Shown piece by piece: positions 63,137 through 64,000 of a stretch of 64,000 nt of DNA. Source of the stretch: Desulfobacterales bacterium (GTDB lineage Bacteria > Desulfobacterota > Desulfobacteria > Desulfobacterales > UBA5852). The notes under the pieces are model-generated. The model saw only the letters and a list, made by a program, of their open reading frames with translations. It did no database searches and was not told the origin of the DNA. The stretch is taken from positions 2,399,570-2,463,569 of the forward strand of contig CAXXVS010000002.1 of assembly GCA_963674755.2 (NCBI GenBank). The letters run 5' to 3'. Within the stretch, counting starts at the first letter, position 1. Every line of letters starts with the position of its first letter. Both the position numbers and the translations under genes were made by a program.

Positions 63137-64000
63137 AGGACCTGATCCGGTGGTTGACGATTGTCGTTCTCCTGGCCGTGGTCGCCGGCTGCGCCGGCAC
63201 GGTGCGGAACATTAAGGAAAAGATGCAGTCCATGCAGGGCCCCACCTTCGCGACCCACGGCATCCAGGAAGAAATGATTGAGGGGGGAGGCGGGGAAGAG
63301 CCGCCGCCGCGCCACACATCACCCATCGTGCGGATCATCAAGGGCACCCCTGTAGAAAACATGGATGCGGCCCGCGCCAAAATGGTCCAGGAAGCCTCGG
63401 TGGCCCTTGTTGGCTTGCAGGCCAAGCTGGACTCCCTCATCCTGCGCGACGTGAACGTGCGGGTGATCGCCGAACTGCTTACCGAAATATGCGGTTACAA
63501 CGTGGTAGCCACCAACACGGTGGCCGGCCGGCCCATCGACATCTACCTCCAGAACATCAGCCTGCGGGAGGCCCTGGAGGCTGTCTGCCGGCTCAACAAC
63601 CTCTGGTATCGGGAAGGCCAGGGCATCATTACGCTCATGACCCGCGATGAATACGTACGCGACATCCAGGTGCGCCAAAGCGAACAGACCCGGGCTTTTT
63701 ATGCCCGCTATACCAATGCCGCCGACATGGCCAAAGTCATCCAGGCCGCCATGGGCGAGGAGGTCCATCTTGAGGTGATCGAGGACGAGGAGATCTACGG
63801 CCACATCGATCCCGAGGAGGAGGCAGAAGTGGGGGACGGGGAATATGACGCCCCGGTGCTGGGCGGCGGAACGGTAGAAAGTAGTGTGGCCGCCGGCAGG
63901 GCCGGTGCGGGGCCAACGGCGATCGGCAGGGCCGGATTCGATTCACCGGAAGCCGCCCGGACGGCCGAGGGCAAACGGCCCCTGCTGGCCATCCTTACCG
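63133..64000 (+). CDS. secretin (PilQ/GspD family) lipoprotein, N-terminal part; continues beyond the window
   Basis: This frame is not in the ORF track because it has no stop in the window. ATGA overlap at 63133, a lipobox LLAVVAGC, and an N0/secretin-N-like block LRDVNVRVIAELLTEICGYNVVATNTVAGRPIDIYLQNISLREALEAVCRLNNLWYREGQGIITL. Confidence 0.75.
   Translation, partial: MKDLIRWLTIVVLLAVVAGCAGTVRNIKEKMQSMQGPTFATHGIQEEMIEGGGGEEPPPRHTSPIVRIIKGTPVENMDAARAKMVQEASVALVGLQAKLDSLILRDVNVRVIAELLTEICGYNVVATNTVAGRPIDIYLQNISLREALEAVCRLNNLWYREGQGIITLMTRDEYVRDIQVRQSEQTRAFYARYTNAADMAKVIQAAMGEEVHLEVIEDEEIYGHIDPEEEAEVGDGEYDAPVLGGGTVESSVAAGRAGAGPTAIGRAGFDSPEAARTAEGKRPLLAILT

Overview
GC-rich bacterial chromosome segment. 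The gene content looks like an anaerobic Desulfobacterota-type (deltaproteobacterial) organism, but that is inference only. No rRNA, tRNA or CRISPR array was seen. Layout: (1) 1-18.6 kb holds housekeeping genes (gntR-like, ridA-thrC, degV, gltA, upp-uraA, priA, a DUF1573 protein, HAD hydrolase, polA, rhomboid), separated by two families of structured intergenic repeats. (2) 18.6-29.6 kb is a visibly AT-richer accessory island. It carries an HxlR/4-OT pair, two YefM-YoeB modules, a hipBA module whose hipA is split by a complete IS21-family element, an orphan 101-aa gene with scattered duplicate fragments, and a very AT-rich KAP P-loop NTPase with an unknown neighbour. (3) 29.6-35.2 kb holds an RseC-like gene and a NuoE / DRTGG / NuoF-like / RnfB-GltD-fusion operon. 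(4) 35.7-42.2 kb is a methylthioadenosine/purine salvage cluster (PNP/MTAP, two MtaD-like deaminases, adenine deaminase, MtnA). (5) 42.4-50.1 kb holds an EF-G paralogue, an M48-TPR protease, parAB, a CooT-like gene and an IspH-UbiA fusion. (6) 50.2-64 kb is a co-directional block. It starts with a DtxR-family regulator bracketed by twin operator-like boxes, then DUF2325, STAS-like, AraC and binding-protein genes. It ends in an atypical type IV pilus / T2SS-like cluster with two ~370-aa pilin paralogues, a 689-aa pseudopilin, a PilM-N fusion, PilO-, PilP-like genes and a secretin that runs off the window. Most notable observations: an in-frame TGA replaces the first Cys of the CGC motif of the DUF1573 protein and is followed by a SECIS-like hairpin; the giant-pilin apparatus sits next to metal-regulatory genes; and both repeat families have outer stems that covary between copies. 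Many long ORFs in the track are antisense shadows of real genes in this GC-rich DNA and were rejected.
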